A stretch of DNA of 64,000 bases, taken from assembly GCA_031411295.1 (NCBI GenBank), contig JANOAV010000041.1, forward strand, positions 1 through 64,000, written 5' to 3'. The translations under genes were made by a program, and so were the position numbers. Positions within the stretch are counted from its first letter, which is position 1; every line of letters starts with the position of its first letter. The notes under the pieces are model-generated. The model did no database searches and had not been told where the DNA came from. It was given only the letters and a program-made list of their open reading frames with translations. Source of the DNA: Verrucomicrobiales bacterium (GTDB lineage: Bacteria > Verrucomicrobiota > Verrucomicrobiia > Verrucomicrobiales > V1-33). Positions 54,590 through 63,759 of this stretch are shown piece after piece.

Positions 54590-55750
54590 ATGTTCCGCCT
54601 CGCCCTTAAAATGCTCTTTGGAGATCATGGGAAATACCTCATGCTCATCTCCGGGCTAACGTTTGCCTCACTGTTGATGATTCAGCAGGCGGGAGTCTTT
54701 TGCGGGCTCATGAGTTGGACGTTTGCCAGCTTGGAAAACATGCGTGCTCCCATCTGGGTCACGGACGCCAAGCTGGAGCAGGTGAATGACAACAAGCCGC
54801 TGCGCGACACTGATGTCTTCCGGGTGCGCTCCGTGGACGGTGTCGCCTGGAGTGCGGCCCTGTATCAAGGAAATTTACAGGCCCGGCAAATTGATGGCAC
54901 GTTCAAACAGATCCAGCTCGTCGGCATTGATGCCACCACGTTTGCCGGAGCCCCCACGGAAATGTTGGAAGGGAACCTCGAAGATCTTCGCTTACCCAAC
55001 ACGGTTATCATTGACGACTTTGGACGTGATCGGCTCGCAGAAGGGCTGCCGCCCAAGCCGGGCGATACCAAGTCCCGCGTGCACCTGGGGGATGTCTTCG
55101 AACTCAATGATCGCGAGGCGCGTGTCGTCGGCATTTGTAAATCCGCCCGCAGCTTCATGGGCACGCCCTATGTCTTCACGACCTATGATCGCGCGCTGGG
55201 ATATGCCCCACCGCAACGCAAGATGATGAGCTTTGTGATCGCTGCGCCACTGCCAGGCTACGATGCCGCCACGGTGGCCAGACGCATTACCCAGGACACT
55301 GGACTGCGTGCCGTCACGGAAGCGGAATTTAAAAATTCCACCATTTGGTGGTATGTGCGGAACACCGGCATCCCCATTTCCTTCGGCACCACCGTGGTGC
55401 TTGGGGTAATCGTGGGCATGGCCATTGCCGGACAAACCTTCTACACTTTTGTGCTCGAAAATCTCAAACATCTCGGAGCCCTCAAGGCCATGGGCACCAG
55501 CAATGCCAAGCTCTGCGGCATGTTGATGCTGCAATCATTTTCCGTGGGTGCGATTGGATTTGGCTTGGGATGTCTGATGACCTTCTTCTTCGCGCTGGGC
55601 ACGTTGAAGAAACAGCAGCCACCATTTTACCTGCCGTGGCAAGTGCCGCTGGGGGTCTTAGTCGTCATCATGGGCATCTGTCTCTTCGCTGCCTTGCTTG
55701 GCATTATCAAAGTCGCCCGTTTGGAACCTGCCATCGTCTTCCGCACATGA
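54590..55750 (+). CDS. ABC transporter permease (MacB/FtsX/DevC-like)
   Basis: LALKML.GD.GKY, periplasmic loop, LGALKAMG, LEPAIVFR. Confidence 0.92.
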   Translation: MFRLALKMLFGDHGKYLMLISGLTFASLLMIQQAGVFCGLMSWTFASLENMRAPIWVTDAKLEQVNDNKPLRDTDVFRVRSVDGVAWSAALYQGNLQARQIDGTFKQIQLVGIDATTFAGAPTEMLEGNLEDLRLPNTVIIDDFGRDRLAEGLPPKPGDTKSRVHLGDVFELNDREARVVGICKSARSFMGTPYVFTTYDRALGYAPPQRKMMSFVIAAPLPGYDAATVARRITQDTGLRAVTEAEFKNSTIWWYVRNTGIPISFGTTVVLGVIVGMAIAGQTFYTFVLENLKHLGALKAMGTSNAKLCGMLMLQSFSVGAIGFGLGCLMTFFFALGTLKKQQPPFYLPWQVPLGVLVVIMGICLFAALLGIIKVARLEPAIVFRT

Positions 55751-56493
55751 TCGCTCCCCCACCCCAGCCGCAGATCGCAGCCCGCGTTACCGATCTGGAT
55801 AAATCATTCGGAGCCACCGACTCCTATGTTCACGTGCTCAAGGGCTCCACGTTGAATGCCTACCTGGGAGAAATGCTGTTGCTCATCGGTCCATCTGGTT
55901 GCGGCAAGACCACCCTGCTCAGCATTCTCTGCGGCACGCTGAAGCCAGACGCGGGTGAAGTTCTGGTGTTTGATCAACCTCTGCACACGATGAAAAACAC
56001 CGCCATTACGAAATTCCGCGCGCAGAACATCGGTTTCGTCTTTCAGCAATTCAACCTGATTCCCACGCTGACGATCACGGAAAATGTTGCGGTGCCTCTG
56101 CTGATCAATGGCTGGTCCACCAGCAAAGCCGAGGCGGCCGCACGTGCCATGTTGGAACGGGTTGGACTGGGGGACCGCCATAAGGTGAAGCCTGGAAAGC
56201 TCTCCGGTGGCCAGCAACAGCGTGTCGCCATCGCCCGCGCCCTGGTCCACAATCCAAGATTACTGGTCTGTGATGAACCCACCTCCGCCCTCGACAAGGA
56301 CACTGGAATGCACATCATGGAATTGATTCGCGAGATCACCACAGATGCGAATCGTGCCGTTATTATCGTGACGCATGATCCCCGGGTGTATCGCTTTGCT
56401 GATCGCATTTCCGAAATGGAAGATGGGCGCATCATTCAAGAAACCACGGGCAAGGCCGACATCAAAGCCCGTTACCTCAGCGACCATCATTGA
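55747..56493 (+). CDS. ABC transporter ATP-binding protein (LolD/MacB-like)
   Basis: GPSGCGKTT, IGFVFQQFNL, LSGGQQQRVAIARAL, DEPT, VTHD; ATGA overlap at 55747. Confidence 0.95.
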   Translation: MIAPPPQPQIAARVTDLDKSFGATDSYVHVLKGSTLNAYLGEMLLLIGPSGCGKTTLLSILCGTLKPDAGEVLVFDQPLHTMKNTAITKFRAQNIGFVFQQFNLIPTLTITENVAVPLLINGWSTSKAEAAARAMLERVGLGDRHKVKPGKLSGGQQQRVAIARALVHNPRLLVCDEPTSALDKDTGMHIMELIREITTDANRAVIIVTHDPRVYRFADRISEMEDGRIIQETTGKADIKARYLSDHH

Positions 56494-57158
56494 AGAAATC
56501 ATCGAAACAACGACCACTCTCACAAACGTGGTATCCTTTCCTCGTGGTCTGCCTGGTGATCCTGTTGCTGATCCTGTGGCAGCGCCAACGTGAATGGCCG
56601 CCCACCACTTCCCAGGATCCTGCGCAGACTTCTCAGAGGCCTGATGCGCGCCAGCACCAGTGGGAAACATTCAGTGAGTGCCGCCTCTTGCCAGCACGAT
56701 CCAATGATGGCGACAGCTTTCTGGTCCAGCATGGTGACAAGCAAAATACTTTCCGACTCTACTTTGTAGATTGCCCGGAAAAGGAGTTCAGTGACTTCAA
56801 TCAAAAACGGTTAATCGACCAAGCGGAGTATTTCAATTTAGCGACCCCGCAAGCTGCAAGTCAGGTGGGAAAGGCCGCTGCTGAGTTCACTCTAGACCTC
56901 CTCCAACGTCCCTTCACCGTCGTCACAAAATGGGAACGCGTCTACGATTCCAAGAGATTCTATGCGCAAATTATCGTTAGGGCCAATGACGGCAGTAAGC
57001 AAAATTTGTCAGAATTGCTCATCCAACACGGCTATGCGCGCATCTTTACCAAGGGCGCGCACTTGCCAGGACAAGCCAGTGAAGCGGATTTTACCAAACA
57101 CTTACGCGCCATGGAAACAGCCTCCAAGGAGGAACGTAGAGGCGCTTGGAATCATTGA
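56490..57158 (+). CDS. Thermonuclease (SNase-like) family protein, membrane anchored
   Basis: DGDSF, RLYFVDCPE, RFYA, L...LI..GYAR, E..A....RGAW; N-terminal TM. Confidence 0.85.
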   Translation: MKKSSKQRPLSQTWYPFLVVCLVILLLILWQRQREWPPTTSQDPAQTSQRPDARQHQWETFSECRLLPARSNDGDSFLVQHGDKQNTFRLYFVDCPEKEFSDFNQKRLIDQAEYFNLATPQAASQVGKAAAEFTLDLLQRPFTVVTKWERVYDSKRFYAQIIVRANDGSKQNLSELLIQHGYARIFTKGAHLPGQASEADFTKHLRAMETASKEERRGAWNH

Positions 57159-57258
57159 ACCTGAGCTATCACGATGCGCAAATCATCGTGCTCACTGAGA
57201 GGTTCTAGTGCACTTGATTGCTTCGTTGAAAAAATTTTCATTTAAATTAACAATTTTC

Positions 57259-57281
57259 TTGACCATACTACTGAGGTAGTA
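57259..57281 (+). promoter_or_regulatory. -35 box followed by BlaI/CopY-type palindromic operator
   Basis: TTGACC then TACTAC-TGAG-GTAGTA upstream of a BlaI-family gene. Confidence 0.65.
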
Positions 57282-57353
57282 GTAACAGTAGGCACGATAA
57301 ATCCGAGCCGCACTCACTCATCGATCCATCAATCATCACTTCGCAGTGCATTC

Positions 57354-57962
57354 ATGAAAATCGCCACTCCAACCAATTTGGAACTCCAAGCACTCACAGT
57401 CCTGTGGGCACTTGGTGAGGCGACCGTTCGTGAAGTGTGGGAAAGTTTTCCTGATGGAAAAGAGCGGGCTTACACAACTATCCTGACGATCTTACAAAAC
57501 TTGGAGCGGAAAGGTCTCGTCCGCAAAAAGGTTAAGGATCGCACCAACATTTACATCCCCAAAGGAAAAAAGGGATTAACCCTGCGCCCGTTCCTCCGCG
57601 GAATTGTGCAGCGTTTATTCCAAGGCAGACCTTCGGCCCTCATTGCAGAGGTGCTGTCCGAAGTCCGCCTGACTGCCGGGGAAGTTAAAGCTGTCGCTCG
57701 ATTACTCTCCCAACAAAGGGTTGGGAGGGTGCTGGGCGCTAAACCAAAAACAACAACAGAAAAGGAAAACAATACCATGGCCGCTAAGAAGAAAGCACCC
57801 GCAAAGAAAGCCGCAGCCAAAAAGGCCGCACCCGCCAAAAAGGCCGCCGCCAAGAAAGCCGCTCCTGCAAAGAAAGCCGCTAAAAAGGCAGTGAAAAAGG
57901 CCGCCAAGAAAAAGGCCGCAGTCAAGAAGGTCGCCACTAAGAAGGCAGCGAAGAAGAAGTAG
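57354..57962 (+). CDS. BlaI/MecI/CopY family regulator fused to a histone-H1-like Lys/Ala tail
   Basis: LEL..L.VLW..GEATVREV, AYTTILTILQNLERKGLV, LFQG.PS.L; C-tail (AP)AKKAAAKK repeats. Confidence 0.85.
   Translation: MKIATPTNLELQALTVLWALGEATVREVWESFPDGKERAYTTILTILQNLERKGLVRKKVKDRTNIYIPKGKKGLTLRPFLRGIVQRLFQGRPSALIAEVLSEVRLTAGEVKAVARLLSQQRVGRVLGAKPKTTTEKENNTMAAKKKAPAKKAAAKKAAPAKKAAAKKAAPAKKAAKKAVKKAAKKKAAVKKVATKKAAKKK
57777..57962 (+). CDS. Possible independently initiated 61-aa histone-H1-like protein (in frame within the BlaI ORF)
   Basis: ATG at 57777 preceded by A/C-rich aaaccaaaaacaacaacagaaaaggaaaacaatacc with AAGGA; product MAAKKKAPAKKAAAKK... Confidence 0.6.
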   Translation: MAAKKKAPAKKAAAKKAAPAKKAAAKKAAPAKKAAKKAVKKAAKKKAAVKKVATKKAAKKK

Positions 57963-58074
57963 TCCGTTGTCTTCGGACAAACTCTACTAATTCATCCTCG
58001 TCTGTCTCCTATGGCAGGCCTCCTCGACCAGAGACACCACTGGGCTTGGCACTAACCCGCCTCCCAGAACGAAG

Positions 58075-58108
58075 AGCCCGGAGAGCTGCAACGCTTTCCG
58101 GGCTTTTT
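58075..58108 (+). terminator. Intrinsic terminator
   Basis: agcccggagagc-tgcaac-gctttccgggct-tttt. Confidence 0.8.
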
Positions 58109-58196
58109 CGTGCCCACATCATGTGAGTTGTGATCTCGCAATTATTGGATATGGTGCCGGGACAGGAAGATTCCCCTGCCATTCCCATTTAGCTTT

Positions 58197-59144
58197 ATGC
58201 CTGTTGCCTTCAAAGATTATTACGAAACGCTCGGCGTGGCGCGCACCGCCACCGAAACGGAGATCAAGAAAGCCTTCCGCAAGTTGGCCCTTAAGTATCA
58301 TCCGGATACCGCCAAGGATAAGGCTGGAGCGGAGGCGAAGTTCCGTGAGGTAAATGAAGCCTATCAAGTTCTCAGTGATCCCGAGAATCGTCAGAAATAC
58401 GACCGCTTGGGGGCCCACTGGCAGGAACCCGAAGGGAACCATGCCACGGGATCATCCCATGACGCCTCTGATGATCAGGCCTTCCACTTTGGCGGCACCG
58501 GCTACAGCGATTTCTTTGAACAATTCTTCAGTGGCGGAACTCGCTACGGCGTGCCGGGCGAGGGTCCCAGCCCTCGCAGCACCACGGGTGCGCGGCGTGG
58601 TAGTGACATCGAAGGTGATCTCTTGGTCAGGTTGGAGGAAGCGATGCACGGCACGACGCGTCCCATTTCCATGCAAATGGTGAATCGCCTAACTGGCAAG
58701 GTGGAGACGCACACGTTCCAAGTGCGGATCCCTCCCGGAGCTACCGATGGCCGTCGTATCCGGGTTCCAGAGCAAGGCGAACCAGGCTATGGCGGGGGCC
58801 CCGCAGGAGATCTCTACCTGCGTGTGCGTCATGCCGCACATCCTCAATTTACCAGCCAGGGAGCGGACATCGTCCATGAACTTGACATCGCACCATGGGA
58901 AGCCGTTTTGGGTAGCGAGATTCAAGTCCTCACGTTGGATGGAACCATCAAATTGCGCATTCCCGCTGGTGCCGAGAATGGCCAGCAATTGCGGGCCCGT
59001 GGTCGTGGCCTCCCCAAGGGCAAGACAGGTGAACGCGGGGATTTCTATGTGAAACTCAACCTCGTCACTCCAACCACCATGACCGCTGAGGAAACCGCAC
59101 TCTGGGAACAACTGCGCAACATCTCCACTTTCCGTCCCCGCTGA
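58197..59144 (+). CDS. cbpA: DnaJ-class chaperone CbpA-like (no zinc finger)
   Basis: KDYYETLGV, HPD, EAYQVLSDPE.R.KYD, YSDFFEQFF, PWEAVLG; followed by cbpM-like gene. Confidence 0.85.
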   Translation: MPVAFKDYYETLGVARTATETEIKKAFRKLALKYHPDTAKDKAGAEAKFREVNEAYQVLSDPENRQKYDRLGAHWQEPEGNHATGSSHDASDDQAFHFGGTGYSDFFEQFFSGGTRYGVPGEGPSPRSTTGARRGSDIEGDLLVRLEEAMHGTTRPISMQMVNRLTGKVETHTFQVRIPPGATDGRRIRVPEQGEPGYGGGPAGDLYLRVRHAAHPQFTSQGADIVHELDIAPWEAVLGSEIQVLTLDGTIKLRIPAGAENGQQLRARGRGLPKGKTGERGDFYVKLNLVTPTTMTAEETALWEQLRNISTFRPR

Positions 59145-59169
59145 TTCCAACCTCGAAACCATCACTTCC

Positions 59170-59481
59170 ATGAGCACCCCAGCATCCGCCCCCAACAGCG
59201 CGTCACCTGCTTCCGATGAATCCACGGCTACACCCTACTCGCTCGAAGTCATCGCTGAGCTGACTGGCACCGAGCCTCGCACCATTCTGCATTATCTGGA
59301 GCTTGGACTGCTGAAGCCGGAAGCGCCAACCTCATTCAATGATGAACATTTACATCGCCTCCGCCGCATTGAACACCTTCGCACCACCTGCGAGATGAAC
59401 ACCGCGGGCCTGAAGCTCATGCTGCATCTGCTGGATGAAGTGGAGCGGTTGCAACAGGAGCGCAGACGCTGGCAATGGTAG
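59170..59481 (+). CDS. cbpM: Chaperone modulator CbpM-like (MerR-type HTH)
   Basis: YSL...AEL.G....I..Y.E.GLL.P, LRRI..L....MN..G..L...LLDEVE.L; adjacent to cbpA. Confidence 0.8.
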   Translation: MSTPASAPNSASPASDESTATPYSLEVIAELTGTEPRTILHYLELGLLKPEAPTSFNDEHLHRLRRIEHLRTTCEMNTAGLKLMLHLLDEVERLQQERRRWQW

Positions 59482-59494
59482 CTGGCATATAAGC

Positions 59495-59965
59495 TTACTC
59501 CACCGCCAAGATCGTAGCGCGCAGGCCTGGCCGCAGTGGGATGGTTTCCCCCTTGCGACGTCCCACCAGCTTTTCGCCTAGCGGTGAGCGGGGGGTCAAA
59601 AGACAAATTTCCTTGCCTTCGAAAATGATCTCTGCTCCTCCACCATGGGAAGCAATGACATAGTAGTTAGTCTCGCTGCCTGCTTGCAGCGTGATGAGGG
59701 CGCCCAGAGAAATCAAGGGGCGGGCCGGACGGGGGATTTCTGCGAAGTCAGCTAGCGCAGTCACTGCCTGCTGGAGTTCTTCGACCCGCTGCGCCTGGCC
59801 GCGGGCAATGTAGGAGGCTTCGAGGTTACGGGTGTCGTATTTGTTTTCCGCCTTGCTATCAGGATCGGTAGCGGCGGCAAAAGCCTCCTGCGCGGCCCGT
59901 GTTAGGGTGGCCAACTCCTGGGCGAGCACCTGGTGGAATTGGGCGAGGATGGCGGATTTATTCAT
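59495..59965 (-). CDS. GreA/GreB-family elongation factor-like protein
   Basis: KAENKYDTR.LEASY.ARGQA.R, LGAL, TPRSPLG..L.G...G; start likely 59965. Confidence 0.85.
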   Translation of the reverse strand: MNKSAILAQFHQVLAQELATLTRAAQEAFAAATDPDSKAENKYDTRNLEASYIARGQAQRVEELQQAVTALADFAEIPRPARPLISLGALITLQAGSETNYYVIASHGGGAEIIFEGKEICLLTPRSPLGEKLVGRRKGETIPLRPGLRATILAVE

Positions 59966-60120
59966 GGCAGGGGAGAGGGAGAGGAGTAATTTAGGCCTGC
60001 CCGTCTTCGGGTCACCCAATGTCATGGTCCCAGAACATGACCCGCTAGCGTCCGTCAAGAAGTGATTTTTTTAGAAACACATTGTCAGGCGCGTTACGCT
60101 TCGTCATACATTCCTTCTGC

Positions 60121-62079
60121 ATGAAACCCTCCCTCGTTTATCTCCTCACGCTTTCGGCCAGCACCTTGATTGGGTGGTGGTTGGGGCATTTGGCGCGTCC
60201 AGCCTCGGCAGCGCTGGGGAATACCGCCAAGCCCAGCGAGCCAAAGGCACAGGTGCAGCTGCCAGACCTAGCCCAACTGGGCCCACCGCAAAAGGATGGA
60301 GCACTGTTGGATCGATGGAATTTCGCTCGGGTGGTGGAGCAAACTCCGATTGAGGAGCTGGCGAGTCTGCTGAAGAAGGCAAGGTCTAACACCGATCCCT
60401 CGGAGCGACGGGAACGTGAATTGATGGTGGCCACGCGTTATGCGCAACTGGATCCTGAGAAAACCGCAGCCGAAGGCCTAAAGGAGGATCGTGCGCTGGC
60501 CATGTTGGTGATTTCCGCTTGGGCGGCACAGGATGGCGCGGCCGCAGCTGAGTGGGTGACAAAACAAGGGGATCTGGCGGATCGGACGGAGGGCATGAAC
60601 CTGGCGCTGGCAAGTTTCGCCAACGCCAATCCTGAGGCCTGCCTGGATTATTTGGAGCGCGACCGGAATCGGGCTCGTGCTTACCAGGAAAGCTTTGCCA
60701 ATCTCTTTACATCCCTAACGAAACGTTCCCCGGCACGTGCCATTGAGTTTCTCGCTAAAGTGACGCATCCCGTCTGCCGCCTCGAAGGCTATGCGGCAGT
60801 GGGCCGAGCCTGGGCGCAGCGCGATCCGCAGGCAGCTCTGGCCTGGGCCAAGGGCCTCGGTGACCAGCACGAGCGCGCGAATGCATTGCAAGGCGCAGTG
60901 ACCGTAGTGGCGGAGTCGGATCCTCATGCTGCAATCCAGGCGCTTAACATGATCGACCCGGCCGGCAAACCAACGGGTGAGACTCCACACCGCGCCATCG
61001 CGAAGGCACTGGCAAAGCTTAATTTCGATGAAGCCGTGCAGTGGGTGAAGCAATTGGATCCATTGAAGCACAATCAGGAAGCTTTATTAACGCAGTCTGT
61101 CCTGCCCTCCATGCAGAACGTCACTGCCACCGCTTTGGTGGACCTCTTTAAAGGCGTTGATGTGGCCGGGCGATCATCGGATTTTAGCGAAACCCTCAAC
61201 CTGCCTCTGGGTCTGCTCCCTGCATTGCTGCACTGGCAGGTGAAGGACGTCTCTGCGATGTTAAAAGAGGTCATCACCCTACCCACGGGTGAAGGCAGAG
61301 ACTGCGTGCTGAACTTCCTTTGTTGGAAAATGAGTCAGGAAAATCCCGCTGCCGCGCTTCAGTTTGCGGCCCAAGCGGATGCGGGCACTCGTGAAAAATT
61401 AGCCGGGCACTTGGCACGCACCTTGGCCACGGAGGGCAAAGTAGCAGAACTCGCACAGGCCATCAAATTCAATCCCGCCGAGGGCGCAGCCACCGTGGCC
61501 GCGCGCGATGCGGCTGCGTTGCTGGCGAAAAATTTCCCCGAGCGCGGGGTGGAATTTCTCCAGCAATTGCGGGAAGATTTACGCCCCGTGGCAGCAGCCA
61601 GAATGGTGCCTGATTTGGTCCTGCGAGATCCCACCGCAGCCGTCGCTCTAGCCGAAACCTTGCCTGCCGAAGCGCAAGCCCAACAGATGGGAGTGGTGGC
61701 AGCAGAATGGGCCAAAGTAAATTCCACTGAAAGCATGCGCTGGGCGCAGACCCTATCCGCCGGGCCGCAACGCGATGCCGCAGCAGCGAATCTGGCGGCT
61801 ACGTTAGTAAATAAAGAACCCCACAATGCTTTCACCTGGGCGCACCAGATTTCCGATCCTGCCCAACGTGCTCCGCAGTTGCAATCGGTGCTCAACGAAT
61901 GGCTCTTCCAAGATGCCACCGCTGCGCAGCGGGCCATCGCCAAGGCGCAGATCCCGCCCGATGAACTGGCCAAGGCGCTGCAACCAATGGACGACGGTCA
62001 TCCGAATCCCGGTGGTCGGGATCGTGATCGAGACTACGTGCCCGTTGGCGAGCCTGATCTTCCCCCTCCCTCCAAATGA
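60121..62079 (+). CDS. Membrane-anchored helical-repeat protein
   Basis: N-terminal TM; WAAQDGAAAAEW, WAQRDPQAALAW, WLFQDATAA repeats; start ATG 60121. Confidence 0.75.
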   Translation: MKPSLVYLLTLSASTLIGWWLGHLARPASAALGNTAKPSEPKAQVQLPDLAQLGPPQKDGALLDRWNFARVVEQTPIEELASLLKKARSNTDPSERRERELMVATRYAQLDPEKTAAEGLKEDRALAMLVISAWAAQDGAAAAEWVTKQGDLADRTEGMNLALASFANANPEACLDYLERDRNRARAYQESFANLFTSLTKRSPARAIEFLAKVTHPVCRLEGYAAVGRAWAQRDPQAALAWAKGLGDQHERANALQGAVTVVAESDPHAAIQALNMIDPAGKPTGETPHRAIAKALAKLNFDEAVQWVKQLDPLKHNQEALLTQSVLPSMQNVTATALVDLFKGVDVAGRSSDFSETLNLPLGLLPALLHWQVKDVSAMLKEVITLPTGEGRDCVLNFLCWKMSQENPAAALQFAAQADAGTREKLAGHLARTLATEGKVAELAQAIKFNPAEGAATVAARDAAALLAKNFPERGVEFLQQLREDLRPVAAARMVPDLVLRDPTAAVALAETLPAEAQAQQMGVVAAEWAKVNSTESMRWAQTLSAGPQRDAAAANLAATLVNKEPHNAFTWAHQISDPAQRAPQLQSVLNEWLFQDATAAQRAIAKAQIPPDELAKALQPMDDGHPNPGGRDRDRDYVPVGEPDLPPPSK

Positions 62080-63677
62080 AGCTCAAACTCCTTCTCAGCG
62101 CTCTAGCCGTGGCCGGAGTGGCTTTCTTCATCAGTCGCTCACGATCCGTTGAGCCCCCAACAGCTTCGGGCGATGCCCAGGCCACTAAGCCCCCACCAAG
62201 CGCTAACATCGCTGAATCCGCCATTTCCGTGGCGCAAGCGGTGGCGCAACTGCCAGAGTCCCTCGATAAACGCAAGAAGATGCTCTCACTGATTGATGCC
62301 GCTGAAACCCCAGCTGCCTTGGAACAGTTGATGAAAGATTTTGCGGGCGATCAATCGGCCGAGGCCTCGTTGGCAGCCCGCTGGGCCATGATCGATCCCG
62401 AGAGCGGATTGGCATGGTTGCGTTTACAGATGAACAACGGAGGATTTGCCCCCAACCACATTCGTGAAGCTTTCTTCCGCACTTGGGCCACCAATGATCC
62501 CACTGCTGCGATGAAAGCTGCGATGGTGGCACAGATGCTACCCGGCATGGAGGTGTCCTCCTTGGAAGTCGTGGAGGCCGTGCTGCAAAAGGATTTGGCA
62601 GCAGGTGGCAAACTGCTTGCGGAGCGGGGAAAGTTTCCTGACCTCTTCACCTTCCCTGACAATCTTTGGAAGGTGGATCCCGCAGGCTTTGTCAAGGCCT
62701 TGCTCCCAGAGGGTGTGGTGCCTGATCGCAGATTAGGCTGGGCACTCGCGGAACCGTTAAAGGCATGGTCACGCAAAGCTCCGGCGGAGGTTCAGAAATG
62801 GCTGGAAGCCTTGAATCCGGAGACCTTGGCCCCGCTCCTGCCTTATGCCATTGTGGGCTTGGCCACGAGCAATCCAGCGGCGGCTAGCGAATTGGTCGCG
62901 AAGATCCCCCAAGCGGCCGCCCGTGAAGCGGCAGCGGCCTCGCTGGCTCGTGAATGGGTCACGAAGGATCCTGCCAATGCGTTCACCTATGCCGTGACTG
63001 CGGGCGTGGAGAAATCCAAATACACCCTCAAAAAGATGTCCGAAGCGTTGATTGAGAAAGGGGATGCCGCCATCCTCCAAGCCTTCAATCAATTGCCAGC
63101 AGGCAAGGTCCGCAATGCCGTGCTTCCCGTCCTCGCCAATGCCTGGCTCGATCAGAATCCAACGGGAGCCTCCCAATTTCTCGCCTCCTTACCACCGAGC
63201 CCGGAGCGCAACGATGCCATGAAATGGATTGCCAAGACGTGGACCGAAGATGCCCCGCAGGAGGCGTTGAAGTTTCTCGAACGCAACCCGGGTCCTGAAC
63301 TGGACGAAGTATTCCATCGCATCGTGGCCCGACATGCGGGTGATGACCCTCCCAGTGCCGTGAAGTGGAGTGCCCAGCAGCAACCCGCCGAACGTGCCCT
63401 GGCCGCCATCCGCACCTCGTTCAATATGATGTCCACCGAAGCTCAGATCGAGGATGCGGCCGCCTTGGTGGTGACTCTGCCAACGCCACAAATGCAGACC
63501 GAAGCCGTGCGCAGTTTTATGGAACCATTCGGCACCGGGCAGCGTCTGTTTGATGAAGGACTCAAGTGGGCAGCTGCACTGCCTCCCGATCTGCGCGCCG
63601 TGGCGCGAGACACCATCTTGAAGAGCACGTTGATTACCCCCGGGGAACGCGCTCGCGCCCAGGATCAGCTGAAATGA
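62076..63677 (+). CDS. Membrane-anchored helical-repeat protein (paralog of upstream gene)
   Basis: WAMIDPESGLAW, WATNDPTAA, WVTKDPANA, WLDQNPTGA repeats; ATGA overlap. Confidence 0.75.
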   Translation: MKLKLLLSALAVAGVAFFISRSRSVEPPTASGDAQATKPPPSANIAESAISVAQAVAQLPESLDKRKKMLSLIDAAETPAALEQLMKDFAGDQSAEASLAARWAMIDPESGLAWLRLQMNNGGFAPNHIREAFFRTWATNDPTAAMKAAMVAQMLPGMEVSSLEVVEAVLQKDLAAGGKLLAERGKFPDLFTFPDNLWKVDPAGFVKALLPEGVVPDRRLGWALAEPLKAWSRKAPAEVQKWLEALNPETLAPLLPYAIVGLATSNPAAASELVAKIPQAAAREAAAASLAREWVTKDPANAFTYAVTAGVEKSKYTLKKMSEALIEKGDAAILQAFNQLPAGKVRNAVLPVLANAWLDQNPTGASQFLASLPPSPERNDAMKWIAKTWTEDAPQEALKFLERNPGPELDEVFHRIVARHAGDDPPSAVKWSAQQQPAERALAAIRTSFNMMSTEAQIEDAAALVVTLPTPQMQTEAVRSFMEPFGTGQRLFDEGLKWAAALPPDLRAVARDTILKSTLITPGERARAQDQLK

Positions 63678-63759
63678 CGTGGCCACCTGGAAATCGGTCG
63701 AGCCGTGAACAGTTAAAGATTTCCGGCTAGAGCTTGAATCTGGCTTCGCGAATATTTAT

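Noticed and set aside
57551..57937. Hydrophobic FLAAAF-repeat ORF on the minus strand
   Set aside because: Mirror image of the AAG/GCC lysine-alanine repeats of the H1-like tail
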